DNA of 64,000 bases from Macrostomum lignano (GCA_002269645.1 NIVC01000092.1:496001-560000); one strand, 5' to 3'. Positions 10,415 to 23,830 are shown, counted from the first letter of the stretch. The notes: generated by a model not told the origin, from the sequence alone. Translations and numbers: made by a program.

Positions 10415-12380
10415 TTTTCTGTTTCAGTGACAGGCTTGCTGTTACAGGCTTTCTGTTACAGTGTCAGGCTTTCTGTTACAGTGACAGGCTTTCTGTTACA
10501 GTGTCAGGCTTTCTGTTACAGGGACAGGCTTTCTGTTACAGTGACAGGCTTTCTGTTACAGTGTCAGGCTTTCTGTTACAGGGACAGGGTTTCTGTTACA
10601 GTGTCAGGCTTTCTGTTACAGTGTCAGGCTTTCTGTTACAGTGTCAGGCTTTCTGTTACAGTGACAGGCTTTCTGTTACAGTGTCAGGCTTTCTGTTACA
10701 GGGTCAGGCTTTCTGTTACAGGGACAGGCTTTCTGTTACAGTGTCAGGCTTTCTGTTACAGGGTTTCTGTTACAGTGTCAGGCTTTCTGTTACAGTGTCA
10801 GGCTTTCTGTTACAGTGTCAGGCTTTCTGTTACAGTGTCAGGCTTTCTGTTACAGTGTCAGGCTTTCTATTACAGGGTTTCTGTTACAGGGTTTCTGTTA
10901 TAGTGATTAACACAACAGGGTTTCTGTTACAGTGACAGGGTTTCTGTTACAGTGACAGGGTTTCTGTTACAGTGTCAGGCTTTCTGTTACAGGGACAGGC
11001 TTTCTGTTACAGTGTCAGGCTTTCTGTTACAGGGACAGGCTTTCTGTTACAGTGACAGGGTTTCTGTTACAGTGACAGGCTTTCTGTTACAGGCTTTCTG
11101 TTACAGTGATTAAGTGGGTTTCTGTTACAGTGATTAAGTGGGTTTCTGTTACAGTGATTAACACAACAGGGTTTCTGTTACAGTGTCAGGGTTTCTGTTA
11201 CAGTGTCAGGCTTTCTGTTACAGTGACAGGGTTTCTGTTACAGTGTCAGGCTTTCTGTTACAGTGACAGGCTTTCTGTTACAGTGACAGGGTTTCTGTTA
11301 CAGTGACAGGGTTTCTGTTACAGTGACAGGCTTTCTGTTACAGGCTTTCTGTTACAGTGATTAAGTGGGTTTCTGTTACAGTGATTAAGTGGGTTTCTGT
11401 TACAGTGATTAACACAACAGGGTTTCTGTTACAGTGTCAGGGTTTCTGTTACAGTGTCAGGCTTTCTGCTACAGTGACAGGCTTTCTGTTACAGTTTCAG
11501 GCTTTCTGTTACAGGGACAGGGTTTCTGTTACAGGGACAGGGTTTCTGTTACAGTGTCAGGCTTTCTGTTACAGGGACAGGCTTTCTGTTACAGTTTCAG
11601 GCTTTCTGTTACAGGGACAGGGTTTCTGTTACAGGGACAGGGTTTCTGTTACAGTGTCAGGCTTTCTGTTACAGGGACAGGCTTTCTGTTACAGTGACGG
11701 TTTCTGTTACAGTGACAGGGTTTCTGTTACAGTGACAGGGTTTCTGTTACAGTGACAGGCTTTCTGTTACAGGCTTTCTGTTACAGTGATTAAGTGGGTT
11801 TCTGCTACAGTGATTAAGTGGGTTTCTGTTACAGTGATTAACACAACAGGGTTTCTGTTACAGTGACAGGCTTTCTGTTACAGTGTCAGGCTTTCTGTTA
11901 CAGTGTCAGGGTTCTGTCACAGTGTCAGGCTTTCTGTTACAGTGACAGGGTTTCTGTTACAGGGACAGGGTTTCTGTTACAGTGTCAGGCTTTCTGTTAC
12001 AGTGTCAGGCTTTCTGCTACAGTGACAGGCTTTCTGTTACAGTGACAGGCTTTCTGTTACAGTGTCAGGCTTTCTGTTACAGTGTCAGGGTTCTGTCACA
12101 GTGTCAGGCTTTCTGTTACAGGGACAGGGTTTCTGTTACAGTGTCAGGCTTTCTGTTACAGGGACAGGGTTTCTGTTACAGTGTCAGGCTTTCTGTTACA
12201 GTGACAGGCTTTCTGTTACAGTGACAGGGTTTCTGTTACAGTGTCAGGGTTCTGTCACAGTGTCAGGGTTCTGTCACAGTGTCAGGCTTTCTGTTACAAT
12301 GTCAGGGTTCTGTCACAGTGTCAGGCTTTCTGTTACAATGTCAGGGTTCTGTCACAGTGTCAGGCTTTCTGTTACTGTTA
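10415..12380. repeat. Minisatellite, 20-bp unit CAGTGTCAGGCTTTCTGTTA, with recurring variant blocks
   Basis: About 2 kb of tandem units ending about 55 bp upstream of the paralog 2 ATG. Confidence 0.95.
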
Positions 12381-12434
12381 ACTGCAAACTGATCCAGTCT
12401 TGCTCGCATTCAACCATCAGCAGCAGCTGCAGCC

Positions 12435-13643
12435 ATGACGCTGGCTTACGTGAAAAACACCATCGGCCTGACAGTGTCAGACGAGGAGCTGGAGAACATC
12501 CCGCACCCCAGCCTGGAGCTGTACACCCACACCACCTACCGTGGCGTTCAGTTCGGCATTTTTGTCAGCATGGCGATGGTCGCCCCGGTTGTCACGGCGA
12601 TCAGGGGGCCGCGCAATTTCTCCGGCTTGGCCGCCAGGGCGCTACGGTTCGGCCGGGTGGGCGCCCTGGCCGGCCTGCCGCTGGGCCCCGCCATGACCAT
12701 CGGCATGACCCGAGGTGACCCCGATGTGGCCATGTACGATAGGTGAGTCATGATTGCGCTGTTTGTTGTGTCCTATTTAGCTGCTGTCTATGGTATAAAC
12801 TGGTGCACTGTACATTAGCCAGTGACCTTATCCAGTGACCTTAGCTAATGACCTTAGCCAGTGACCTTATCCAGTGACCTTAGCTAGTGACCTTAGCCAG
12901 TGACCTTATCCAGTGACCTTAGCTAATGACCTTATCCAGTGACCTTGGCTAATGACCTTATCCAGTGACCTTGGCTAATGACCTTATCCAGTGACCTTGG
13001 CTAATGACCTTATCCAGTGACCTTAGCTGATGACCTTAGCTAGTGACCTTAGCTAGTGACCTTAGCTGATGACCTTAGCCAGTGACCTTAGCCAGTGACC
13101 TGAGCCAGAGACCTTAGCCAGTGACCTTAGCTGGTGACCTTAGCCAGTGACCTTAGCTGATGACCTTAGCCAGTGACCTTAGCTAGTGACCTTAGCTGAT
13201 GACCTTAGCCAGTGACCTTAGCTAGTGACCTCAGCTGATGACCTTAGCCAGTGACCTTAGCCAGCGACCTTAGCTGGTGACCTTAGCCAGTGACCTTAGC
13301 TAATGAACTTGCCATGCAGTAACCAAATCTGTCAGTGAGCTTTGACAAATGGAACTCAAACGCACCTCCTCTCCGCCGTCGCCGCAGGGCCTACCGCCTG
13401 CGCTACAACTTCAACCAGGTCCGCCAGGACCGGTTCGGCATTGCCAGCACCGCGGCCGGAGCCGCAGTCGGCGGCATCAACGGCGCCCTGTGCGGTGTCC
13501 TGGCCGGCATCCTGCTGGGCACCATCTACAACACGGCCGTGGCGCCGGCGCACCAGAAGGCGCCAAAATATGAGAAGGTGAAGGCGGTGGTGAAGGAGGC
13601 CAAGGAGCTGGCTAAGCAGGCCAAGCAAGGCAAGGCTGAGTGA
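12435..13643 (+). CDS. DUF1757-like small membrane protein, paralog 2 (187 aa); exons 12435-12742, 13388-13643
   Basis: MTLAYVKNTIG...DEELENIPHP...MYDR | AYRLRYNFNQVRQDR...; a phase-2 GTGAGT...CGCAG intron restores the frame. Collinear with paralog 1. Confidence 0.82.
12815..13310. repeat. Intronic minisatellite, 13-bp unit GCCAGTGACCTTA
   Basis: Tandem units read directly. Confidence 0.95.
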
Positions 13644-13775
13644 GGCGGTTGAGTGACAATCCATATTTTAATAACTGTTGCTGTTAGGTTTCTTTGTTGA
13701 AATAATGTCTCATTTCGAAATTCAAAACTTTTGTTATTGTGAGCCTATTGGTCTGACCGGGTCTTTAGTAGGGTT

Positions 13776-14168
13776 CAGTGACTGTCGGGTGCTGTGACTC
13801 AGTGACTGTCAGGTGCTGTGTCTCCGGGACTGTCAGCTGCTGTGAATCAGTGACTGTCAGCTGCTGTGACTCAGTGACTGTCACCTGCTGTAACTCAGTG
13901 ACTGTCAGGTGCTGTGACTCAGTGACTGTCAGGTGCTGTGACTCCGGGACTGTCAGCTGCTGTGAATCAGTGACTGTCAGCTGCTGTGACTCAGTGACTG
14001 TCACCTGCTGTAACTCAGTGACTGTCAGCTGCTGTGACTCAGTGACTGTCAGGTGTTGTGACTCAGTGACTGTCAGGTGTTGTGACTCAGTGACTGTCAG
14101 CTGCTGTGACTCAGTGACTGTCAGCTGCTGTGACTCAGTGACTGTCAGCTGCTGTGACTCAGTGACTG
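13776..14168. repeat. Minisatellite, 24-bp unit CAGTGACTGTCAGCTGCTGTGACT
   Basis: Tandem units lying between the 3' ends of paralog 2 and ATG4. Confidence 0.95.
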
Positions 14169-14946
14169 TTTTCAGAGAAGCATTGCATGTTTTTATGCTG
14201 TAATCTGTAGTTCTGCTGTTTCGTTTCGTTGTTTTTTTCGCGCGAGTCAAAGGCGCCCCCATGTAACTCCTATAGCCATTAGGGCTGTAGTTGATCGTAT
14301 TTATCATTTACTGCAGTTAAACAAAACGTACGCATATACACTGGTTGACCCAGCATCAGAGCTTATGTAGAAAGCGATTATCTGTCATTGTGTTACTTCA
14401 GCATGTTTTACTATTATAGCAAGTTATTTCCATATTTTCTAATCGGCATATTAACCGTTTGATTTCTCTGTAGTTCTTGTGTCATTCTTAAGCCCTATCA
14501 AGTGTGGCCTTACATTAAGTTTAGTGCAAATATATAAAATTCAAATACACATGCACAGTCGAATTTAAAAAACTGTGTTGGTGTTTTGGCCCGCAAATAA
14601 GGCAACTAATTAACGGAGAATATGAATTTGAATTGTTTCGCTCAAGCATCAGCAATCAGTGTTTAGAAGACAATATATTCAATATGACACAATCCACTCT
14701 CATTATATTAAAACAGTACAAGATCAAATGACAAACATATGTACGTATATTATATGTAGAAAATGAAGTTAGGTATATCTTCTATGATACAGATGTTATC
14801 AGTATTAATATTATTAGTATGATAGCATACCGTATTGACATTGAGAAAAATTACCAAGTCTCTCTTTAAGATCCGAGTCCATGAAAGGAATCTATACTAT
14901 AGACAAAGGTAGTTCACAAGCTGCTGTTGAGCTCGAACCTCGGACC

Positions 14947-17942
14947 TCACAAAAGTACATAGTTGTCGTCCTCCTCGTCCTCTTGCTGATCTACAATTGA
15001 AGGTGTTAAAAAACAGATTGTGGCTAACAAAAGTTGTGGCTAACACTGAAAATAACATCACACATGTAATGTATAGCCTGAATAAGTTAATTTTAATCCA
15101 TCAAATTTATGGCAAGCTAAACCGCAGGCCCCATACAGCTAATGAGCGAAAAATTGAAATAACTTAAATAATAAGTAAAGTAATAAATAAAACATAAATA
15201 AACGATAATCGCTACTTACAGTAGCGGAAACTGTTAATATAAATAATTAGAATATCAATTCGCCTCTATCTTGGTCGAGAGGCAGCTGTGCGAACAGGAA
15301 ATTTTTGGCAATTTTCAATTAACTATACTGTAACAGTTTTTATAATATAATTAATTGAAAAGAATTCACGAAATAATAATTTCATCTACAAGCTATTAAC
15401 AATTCTGCCAAGAGTCTCCTTAACTGCCTACAAACGCAACATCATTCCCAATAATATACCGGTATAGTATATTCTGTAGAAAATAACATTACGAGTACAT
15501 GATATAGCGCAAATTTCCTAAATGACATCGCCACACACAATATTACAGCCCATGAATGTACTAATAAGACATATCGACATGACATCACAGCCCATGGATG
15601 TACCAATAAGACATATCGACATGACATCACAGCCCATGAATGTACTAATAAGACATATCGACATGACATCACAGCCCATGAATGTACTAATAAGACATAT
15701 CGACATGACATCACAGCCCATGATTGTACTAATAAGACATATCGACATGACATCACAGCCCATGAATGTACTAACAAGACATCCAAGAAATTGGTCTCCA
15801 ACATCCACTATACAAAAATGAAAACCTACCGAATTTGATCTGGCTGGCCAGTGTGTACGGCTCAAACGCCGGCCAGTGGCTCGGCCGGGTCTGGTGGACT
15901 TCGAACAGCGGCAAATCGAACTGCTGCACCATCCGGCGGACCAGGCTGGCGCACAGGTCGTCCAGTTGGGCCTCGTTGGCGCAGACGAACCCGACGGCCA
16001 GGCTGGGGTCAAGACGGGCGAACGGCATCCGGCGAAGGCTCGGACAGTGATAACTGGCGTCCGGGGGCGGCGGCTGCTGGGTGCGATCATGTCATAATGT
16101 CTGATTGGCGCATTATGATCATGTCATGATGTCTGATTGGCGCATATGATCATGTCATGATGTCTGATTGGCGCATATGATCATGTCATGATGTCTGATT
16201 GGCGCGTACGATCTTGTCATGATGTCTGATGGGCGCATATATATTGTCATGATGTCTGATGGGCGCATGTGTTCATGTCAGGATGTCTGATGGACGCATG
16301 TAATCATGTCAAGATGTTTGATGGGCGCACGTGATTATGTGATGATGTTCTATGGGTACATGCGAACATGGCATGATGTCTTATGCGCAGATAATCTGAT
16401 CAAATATGTTGCAAGCATAGGGCTGGGTTCAGTGAGTGGAGAGACTTGGAGAGACATGTAGAGAAAGGAATTCTAGACACTTACACTTCCAGACGCTGCA
16501 GCAGCAGCAGCCACGCCAGACACCGCAGGCCCAATAACGGCGCAGTCCTGAGTTGTGTGCGGATCCAAATAATAGAGCTCGTTGCCCTGGTAGCCAATAA
16601 AATAATGAGCATGGTTCGGCTTGCCGCCAATGATGCCCAGGCTTTGGGGCATTTCAAGACACCGCTTCAGAGCCGGTACGTACTGCTGGTTGAGGTCGGA
16701 CAGGCCCAGGCGAAGGGGCACAAATAGCAGCAGAGCTTTGGAGTCAGCTGAGCTGCGGAGCAGAGCCTCTGCGAGTGCGAGTGGGCAGGAGCTGTTGCTG
16801 GGGAATTTATGGCAATTCTCGGGGACTGTCTATGGGCGATTCTGGGTCACTGTCTGTGGCCGATTCTGGGTGACTGTCTATGGGCGATTCTCGGGTTTCT
16901 ATGGCCGATTCTGGGTGACTGTCTATGGCCAATTCTGGGTGACTGTCTATGGCCGATTCTCGGGTTTCTATGGCCGATTCTGGGTGACTGTCTATGGCCA
17001 ATTCTGGGTGACTGTCTATGGCCGATTCTGGGTGACTGTCTATGGCCGATTCTGGGTGACTGTCTATGGCCGATTCTGGGTGACTGTATATGGGCGATTC
17101 TCGGGGACTGTCTATGGGCGATTCTCGGGGACTGTCTATGGGCGATTCTCGGGGACTGTCTATGGGCGATTCTCGGTGACTGTCTATGGCCGATTCTCAA
17201 AGGCGCAACTCACTCAAATCGTCAATAATAACGGTATTATCCAGAGCCACGTGCACCAGCAGATTAGCGAACTGATCAAACGCAGACAGCTTGCGTATCG
17301 CTTGCGCCACGGTGTTCGGGCCGAACCATTGGCCAACCGGCTTGCCGTCAGACACGCCCATGGACGCTGCGGTAGAGTGGAGTTGCGCAATAAATACTAC
17401 TAGTCTAAATATTAATATATGAGAAATGCTGCGAATTCCTGTCAAGACAACTCACCAATCTGGTGAATAGAGAACGGAGCGGCTTTGTTGTCCTCAAACA
17501 GGCGCAGTATGTCTCGATAAGTGGTGTCGTTAGCAAAACTTTCGCCAGACCAACGCCAGGCTCGGCCCAGCTTCACTCGGACAATGGCCTCAGCTAGCAT
17601 CATCTGGCCGCAGCGGAGCATGCAGCCCCAGCCTTTGTCCGTTTTGGGGCCTTCGCTGCCGCCGATTGGCGAGAAGTCGCGCCGATAAGTCACCCACAGG
17701 CGGGACAGATGGTCCAGACGGATGTCTTCTCGATCTTGGTTAAATTTAACGAGAAATATTTTTCTATTTCTACTAACAGTAGCTAAGATGCGCATTTTTT
17801 AAATTCAGATTTATTAATATGACCTACCGTGCTTAGTGCTGTAGGCGTGACCGAGCAAGTACAACGGCTCGTCTGACAGCGGCAAATCGTCGTATTCAAC
17901 TCCGGCCCCGCTCTCGTAGCTGTTGCCTGTGGCTTCGACCAT
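14947..17942 (-). CDS. ATG4: Cysteine protease ATG4 (ATG4A/B-like, about 373 aa); exons 17942-17828, 17734-17456, 17366-17214, 16768-16485, 16076-15830, 14990-14947
   Basis: Catalytic DKGWGCMLRCGQM, GQWFGPNTVAQ, GGKPNHAHYFIG, YLDPH and LDPSLAVGF motifs. All introns are GT-AG with compatible phases. The last exon encodes DQQEDEEDDNYVLL, an acidic C-terminal LIR. Exon 5 has a NAGNAG acceptor (16076 or 16073). Confidence 0.93.
15520..15780. repeat. Intronic minisatellite, 42-bp unit (ATG4 intron 5)
   Basis: GACATATCGACATGACATCACAGCCCATGAATGTACTAATAA repeated about 6 times. Confidence 0.92.
16085..16380. repeat. Intronic minisatellite, about 31-bp unit (ATG4 intron 4), degenerating rightwards
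   Basis: GATCATGTCATGATGTCTGATTGGCGCATAT units. Confidence 0.88.
16810..17198. repeat. Intronic minisatellite, 24-bp unit GGCCGATTCTGGGTGACTGTCTAT / GGGCGATTCTCGG (ATG4 intron 3)
   Basis: Tandem units read directly. Confidence 0.93.
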
Positions 17943-18059
17943 GCCTACGGTGGAGTGTAAACAGATATTTACAAGGGGTGGTAGGGGCTTCGCTGCATTC
18001 CTGTCTGTGCGCCTGTCCTTTCGTCTGTCAATGCCTGTTCACTTGCCTGTCTATCTATC

Positions 18060-21000
18060 TATATACTTGTCTATAAGTGTCTGTACACCTGCCTGTCCAT
18101 TTGCCTGTCAGTCAGTGTGTCCACTTGCCTGTCGGTGTCTGTTTACTTGCCTATCAGTGTCTGTTTACTTGCCTATCAGTGTCTGTTTACTTGCCTGTCG
18201 GTGTCTGTTTACTTGCCTATCAGTGTCTGTTTACTTGCCTGTCAGTGTCTGTTTACTTGCCCGTCAGTGTCTGTTTACTTGCCTGTCAGTGTCTGTTTAC
18301 TTGCCTTTCAGTGTCTGTTTACGTCAGTGTCTGTTTAGTTGCCTGTCAGTTTCTGTTTACTTGCCTGTCAGTGTCTGTTTACCTGCCTGTCAGTTTCTGT
18401 TTACTTGCCCGTCAGTGTCTGTTTACTTGCCTGTCAGTGTCTGTTTACTTGCCTGTCAGTGTCTGTTTACTTGCCTGTCAGTGTCTGTTTACTTGCCCGT
18501 CAGTGTCTGTTTACTTGCCTATCAGTGTCTGTTTACTTGCCTGTCAGTTTCTGTTTACTTGCCTGTCGGTGTCTGTTTACTTGCCTATCAGTGTCTGTTT
18601 ACTTGCCTATCAGTGTCTGTTTACTTGCCTATCAGTGTCTGTTTACTTGCCTGTCAGTGTCTGTTTACTTGCCCGTCAGTGTCTGTTTACTTGCCTGTCA
18701 GTGTCTGTTTACTTGCCTTTCAGTGTCTGTTTACGTCAGTGTCTGTTTAGTTGCCTGTCAGTTTCTGTTTACTTGCCTGTCAGTGTCTGTTTACCTGCCT
18801 GTCAGTTTCTGTTTACTTGCCCGTCAGTGTCTGTTTACTTGCCTGTCAGTGTCTGTTTACTTGCCTGTCAGTGTCTGTTTACTTGCCTGTCAGTGTCTGT
18901 TTACTTGCCCGTCAGTGTCTGTTTACTTGCCTGTCAGTGTCTGTTTACTTGCCCGTCAGTGTCTGTTTACTTGCCTGTCAGTGTCTGTTTACTTGCCTGT
19001 CAGTGTCTGTTTACTTGCCTGTCAGTGTCTGTTTACTTGCCTGTCAGTGTCTGTTTACTTGTCTGTCAGTGCCTGTTAACCTGCCTGTCAGTTTCTGTCT
19101 ACTTGCCCGTCAGTGTCTGTTTACCTGCCTGTCAGTGTCTGTTTACTTGCCCGTCAGTGTCTGTTTACTTGCCTGTCAGTGTCTGTTTACTTGCCCGTCA
19201 GTGTCTGTTTACTTGCCTGTCAGTTTCTGTTTACTTGCCCGTCAGTGTCTGTTTACTTGCCTGTCAGTGTCTGTTTACTTGCCCGTCAGTGTCTGTTTAC
19301 TTGCCTGTCAGTGTCTGTTTACTTGCCTGTCAGTTTCTGTTTACTTGCCCGTCAGTGTCTGTTTACCTGCCTGTCAGTGTCTGTTTACTTGCCCGTCAGT
19401 GTCTGTTTACTTGCCTGTCAGTGTCTGTTTACTTGCCTGTCAGTGTCTGTTTACTTGCCCGTCAGTGTCTGTTTACTTGCCTGTCAGTGTCTGTTTACTT
19501 GCCCGTCAGTGTCTGTTTACTTGCCTGTCAGTGTCTGTTTACTTGCCTGTCAGTGTCTGTTTACTTGCCTGTCAGTGTCTGTTTACTTGCCTGTCAGTGT
19601 CTGTTTACTTGCCCGTCAGTGTCTGTTTACTTGCCTGTCAGTTTCTGTTTACTTGCCCGTCAGTGTATGTTTACTTGCCTGTCAGTGTCTGTTTACTTGC
19701 CTGTCAGTGTCTGTTTACTTGCCTGTCAGTTTCTGTTTACTTGCCCGTCAGTGTCTGTTTACTTGCCTGTCAGTGTCTGTTTACTTGCCCGTCAGTGTCT
19801 GTTTACTTGCCTGTCAGTTTCTGTTTACTTGCCCGTCAGTGTATGTTTACTTGCCTGTCAGTGTCTGTTTACTTGCCTGTCAGTGTCTGTTTACTTGCCT
19901 GTCAGTTTCTGTTTACTTGCCCGTCAGTGTCTGTTTACCTGCCTGTCAGTGTCTGTTTACTTGCCCGTCAGTGTCTGTTTACTTGCCCGTCAGTGTCTGT
20001 TTACTTGCCTGTCAGTGTCTGTTTACTTGCCTGTCAGTGTCTGTTTACTTGCCTGTCAGTGTCTGTTTACTTGCCCGTCAGTGTCTGTTTACTTGCCTGT
20101 CAGTGTCTGTTTACTTGCCTGTCAGTTTCTGTTGACTTGCCCGTCAGTGTCTGTTTACCTGCCTGTCAGTGTCTGTTTACTTGCCCGTCAGTGTCTGTTT
20201 ACTTGCCTGTCAGTGTCTGTTTACTTGCCTGTCAGTGTCTGTTTACTTGCCCGTCAGTGTCTGTTTACCTGCCTGTCAGTGTCTGTTTACTTGCCCGTCA
20301 GTGTCTGTTTACTTGCCTGTCAGTGTCTGTTTACTTGCCTGTCAGTGTCTGTTTACTTGCCTGTCAGTGTCTGTTTACTTGCCGTCAGTGTCTGTTTACT
20401 TGCCTGTCAGTTTCTGTTTACTTGCCTGTCAGTGTCTGTTTACTTGCCTGTCAGTGTCTGTTTACTTGCCCGTCAGTGTCTGTTTACTTGCCTGTCAGTG
20501 TCTGTTTACTTGCCTGTCAGTGTCTGTTTACTTGCCCGTCAGTGTCTGTTTACTTGCCTGTCAGTGTCTGTTTACTTGTCTGTCAGTGCCTGTTTACCTG
20601 CCTGTCAGTTTCTGTTTACTTGCCCGTCAGTGTCTGTTTACTTGCCTGTCAGTGTCTGTTTACTTGCCTGTCAGTGTCTGTTTACTTGCCCGTCAGTGTC
20701 TGTTTACTTGTCTGTCAGTGCCTGTTTACCTGCCTGTCAGTTTCTGTTTACTTGCCCGTCAGTGTCTGTTTACTTGCCTGTCAGTGTCTGTTTACTTGCC
20801 TGTCAGTGTCTGTTTACTTGCCTGTCAGTGTCTGTTTACTTGCCCGTCAGTGTCTGTTTACTTGCCTGTCAGTGTCTGTTTACTTGTCTGTCAGTGCCTG
20901 TTTACCTGCCTGTCAGTTTCTGTTTACTTGCCCGTCAGTGTCTGTTTACTTGCCTGTCAGTGTCTGTTTACTTGCCTGTCAGTGTCTGTTTACTTGCCTG

Positions 21001-21080
21001 TCAGTTTCTGTTTACTTGCCTGTCAGTGTCTGTTTACCTGCCTGTCAGTTTCTGTTTACTTGCCCGTCAGTGTCTGACTG
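18060..21080. repeat. Minisatellite, 22-bp unit GTCAGTGTCTGTTTACTTGCCT, about 3 kb, upstream of ATG4
   Basis: Over 130 units; it explains the spurious 1007-aa and 778-aa ORFs. Confidence 0.97.
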
Positions 21081-21499
21081 TTTATAACTTCTGTCCATAA
21101 GTCTGTCCGTGTCTCCCTGTCTCTGTCCCTGTCTCCCTGTCTACTCAAATTCGTGGCCTAGTTGCTGCCATTTGGTCGGAAATCTGATCGAGATGTTACA
21201 AGGAAGATGGAGTTCGCAACTCTGGTCTGAAAAGTGGGGTTGTTAGCAATAACCCGGCACTCACTCTCCCAGTAGCTATCCATGCGCCACCGAAATCGCA
21301 AGGCTCAGACTGTGCAGTGCAGCTCTGGCAGCGTGAAATTTCAATAATTTCAAAACGGCAGAGTCTGTACCGATAGTAAACGTTTTGATGCAGAGAATAT
21401 CGCCCTGAGTTCAGCGCATTCGGCACGTTGAGAACGTGGCTGCATGAATTATTCAATAGTGGCTTGCTTATAATACCTAACTAATTCAGGCTTTGCCAG

Positions 21500-22460
21500 C
21501 TAGCTGGGCCACCCAACCTTCAGGCTTTACCACCCTACCTTCAGGCTGCATCACCCTACCTTCAGGCTTTATCACCCTACCTTCAGGCTTTATCACCCTA
21601 CCTTCAGGCTTTACCACCCTACCTTCAGGCTTTATCACCCTACCTTCAGGCTTTACCACCCTACCTTCAGGCTTTACCACCCTACCTTCAGGCTGCATCA
21701 CCCTACCTTCAGGCTTTATCACCCTACCTTCAGGCTTTATCACCCTACCTTCAGGCTTTACCACCCTACCTTCAGGCTTTACCACCCTACCTTCAGGCTT
21801 TACCACCCTACCTTCAGGCTTTACCACCCTACCTTCAGGCTTTACCACCCTACCTTCAGGCTTTACCACCCTACCTTCAGGCTTTACCACCCTACCTTCA
21901 GGCTTTACCACCCTACCTTCAGGCTGCATCACCCTACCTTCAGGCTTTATCACCCTACCTTCAGGCTTTATCACCCTACCTTCAGGCTTTACCACCCTAC
22001 CTTCAGGCTTTACCACCCTACCTTCAGGCTTTACCACCCTACCTTCAGGCTTTACCACCCTACCTTCAGGCTGCATCACCCTACCTTCAGACTGTACTTA
22101 CTACCCAACCTTAAGACTCCACCATCCAACCCTCAGACTCCACCATCCAACCCCCAGACTGCTACCATCCAACCCCCAGACTCCACCATCCAACCCCCAG
22201 ACTCCAATCATCAGACTCCACCATCCAACCCCCATACTCCATCATCCAACCCTCAGACTCCACCATCCAAATCTCAGACTCCACCATCCAACCCTCAGAT
22301 TCCACCATCCAAATCTAAGACTCCACCATCCAACCCTCAGATTCCACCATCCAACTCTCAGACTCCACCATCCAACCCTCAGATTTCACCATCAACCCTC
22401 AGACTCCACCATCCAACCCTCAGACTCCACCATCCAACCCTCAGACTCCACCATCAAAAC
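21500..22460. repeat. Two-domain 21-bp minisatellite (CCACCCTACCTTCAGGCTTTA, then CCATCCAACCCTCAGACTCCA)
   Basis: Two related 21-mers (15/21 identical by manual alignment) in adjacent homogeneous blocks that switch near 22095. Confidence 0.93.
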
Positions 22461-23354
22461 CTCGGATCTCTCTTAAGTCATGCGGGCAAAAACCTCTCAT
22501 ATTTACTCAAAGTTAATATTAATCCTACTAATATTGCATTAAAAACAGTAAAAAAAGAAATGGAGACAAAAACATGATTATGCGATCTATCAACTTTACT
22601 GGGATATATTTATATGAATTAATGAAATAATAAACGCTTACATTGTTTTTTTGGAAATTTTATCAGCTCATAATTCATAATTCATACTTATATATAAAAT
22701 TAGTTAGTTTTAAAGCATAATAATTAGGGCAAACACAGAAATACTGACCATTTACAATTAACGATGACATAGAAGTTAATTGGGTCCCAGCGAGAGATCA
22801 TATACCAAACTTACAAGACACAATACTCGTATTTAGTATTTATTGTTTTGAGAATTGCTAATGGAAGGAATGCCGGGTTGAAAAGGAACAAAATCTGAAC
22901 ACTGAGACAGACATAGATAGGTGAAGATTAGCAACCTTATTTAATTAATTTATAGTCTTTGATTTTATATAACTTGATGACAGACTTAAATATCACAAAT
23001 AAAATTACGTCAAAAAACCAGACATGTTTTTTGGTATATAGAATTCAAACGGCAAAGAAACCATGCTAAAACAAAAAAAGTTGAATACATCTGATGATCC
23101 GATGGCAAACAGGGGGCGGCTCTGAACAGAACAGATTGCACGGTAGCTATTTAGGGGTCGATACTACTGTAGTAAGTAGGGCGATCATTTTTTATTAAAG
23201 TCAAATCAACATTTTTTTTCAGCTCACGTCAACACCTGAAGAGAAAATTAGTCAGCAAAACAAAATTTACGGAAAAGCTGGATAAAATTATGGCTAAATC
23301 AACGACTAATGCTCAAAGTTCACTTTGAGTTTGCCTAGCAACCAAACGAGAGCG

Positions 23355-23830
23355 ATTCTCTGTGGGGTTGAGGGCGCTTGTCTATTGGGTTTGAGGGCGA
23401 TTCTCTATGGGGTTGAGGGCGCTTGTCTATTGGGTTTGAGGGCGATTCTCTTTTGGTTTGAGGGCGATTTTCTATATGGTTGAGGGCGATTCTCCATGAG
23501 ACTAAGGGCGATTCTCTATGGGGTTGAGGGCGCTTGTCTATTGGGTTTGAGGGCGATTCTCTATGGGGTTGAGGGCGCTTGTCTATTGGGTTTGAGGGCG
23601 ATTCTCTTTTGGTTTGAGGGCGATTTTCTATATGGTTGAGGGCGATTCTCCATGAGACTAAGGGCGATTCTCTATGGGGTTGAGGGCGCTTGTCTATTGG
23701 GTTTGAGGGCGATTCTCTATGGGGTTGAGGGCGCTTGTCTATTGGGTTTGAGGGCGATTCTCTATGGGGTTGAGGGCGCTTGTCTATTAGGTTTGAGGGC
23801 GATTCTCTATGGGGCTGAGGGCGATTATCG
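23355..23830. repeat. Minisatellite, 22+23-bp dimeric unit with GAGGGCGATTCTC core
   Basis: Tandem units just downstream of the TMEM214 stop. Confidence 0.92.

Noticed and set aside
17923-21100. 1007-aa and 778-aa Cys/Leu/Val-rich ORFs
   Set aside because: The stop-free 22-bp unit is open in all three plus frames; this is a repeat artefact.
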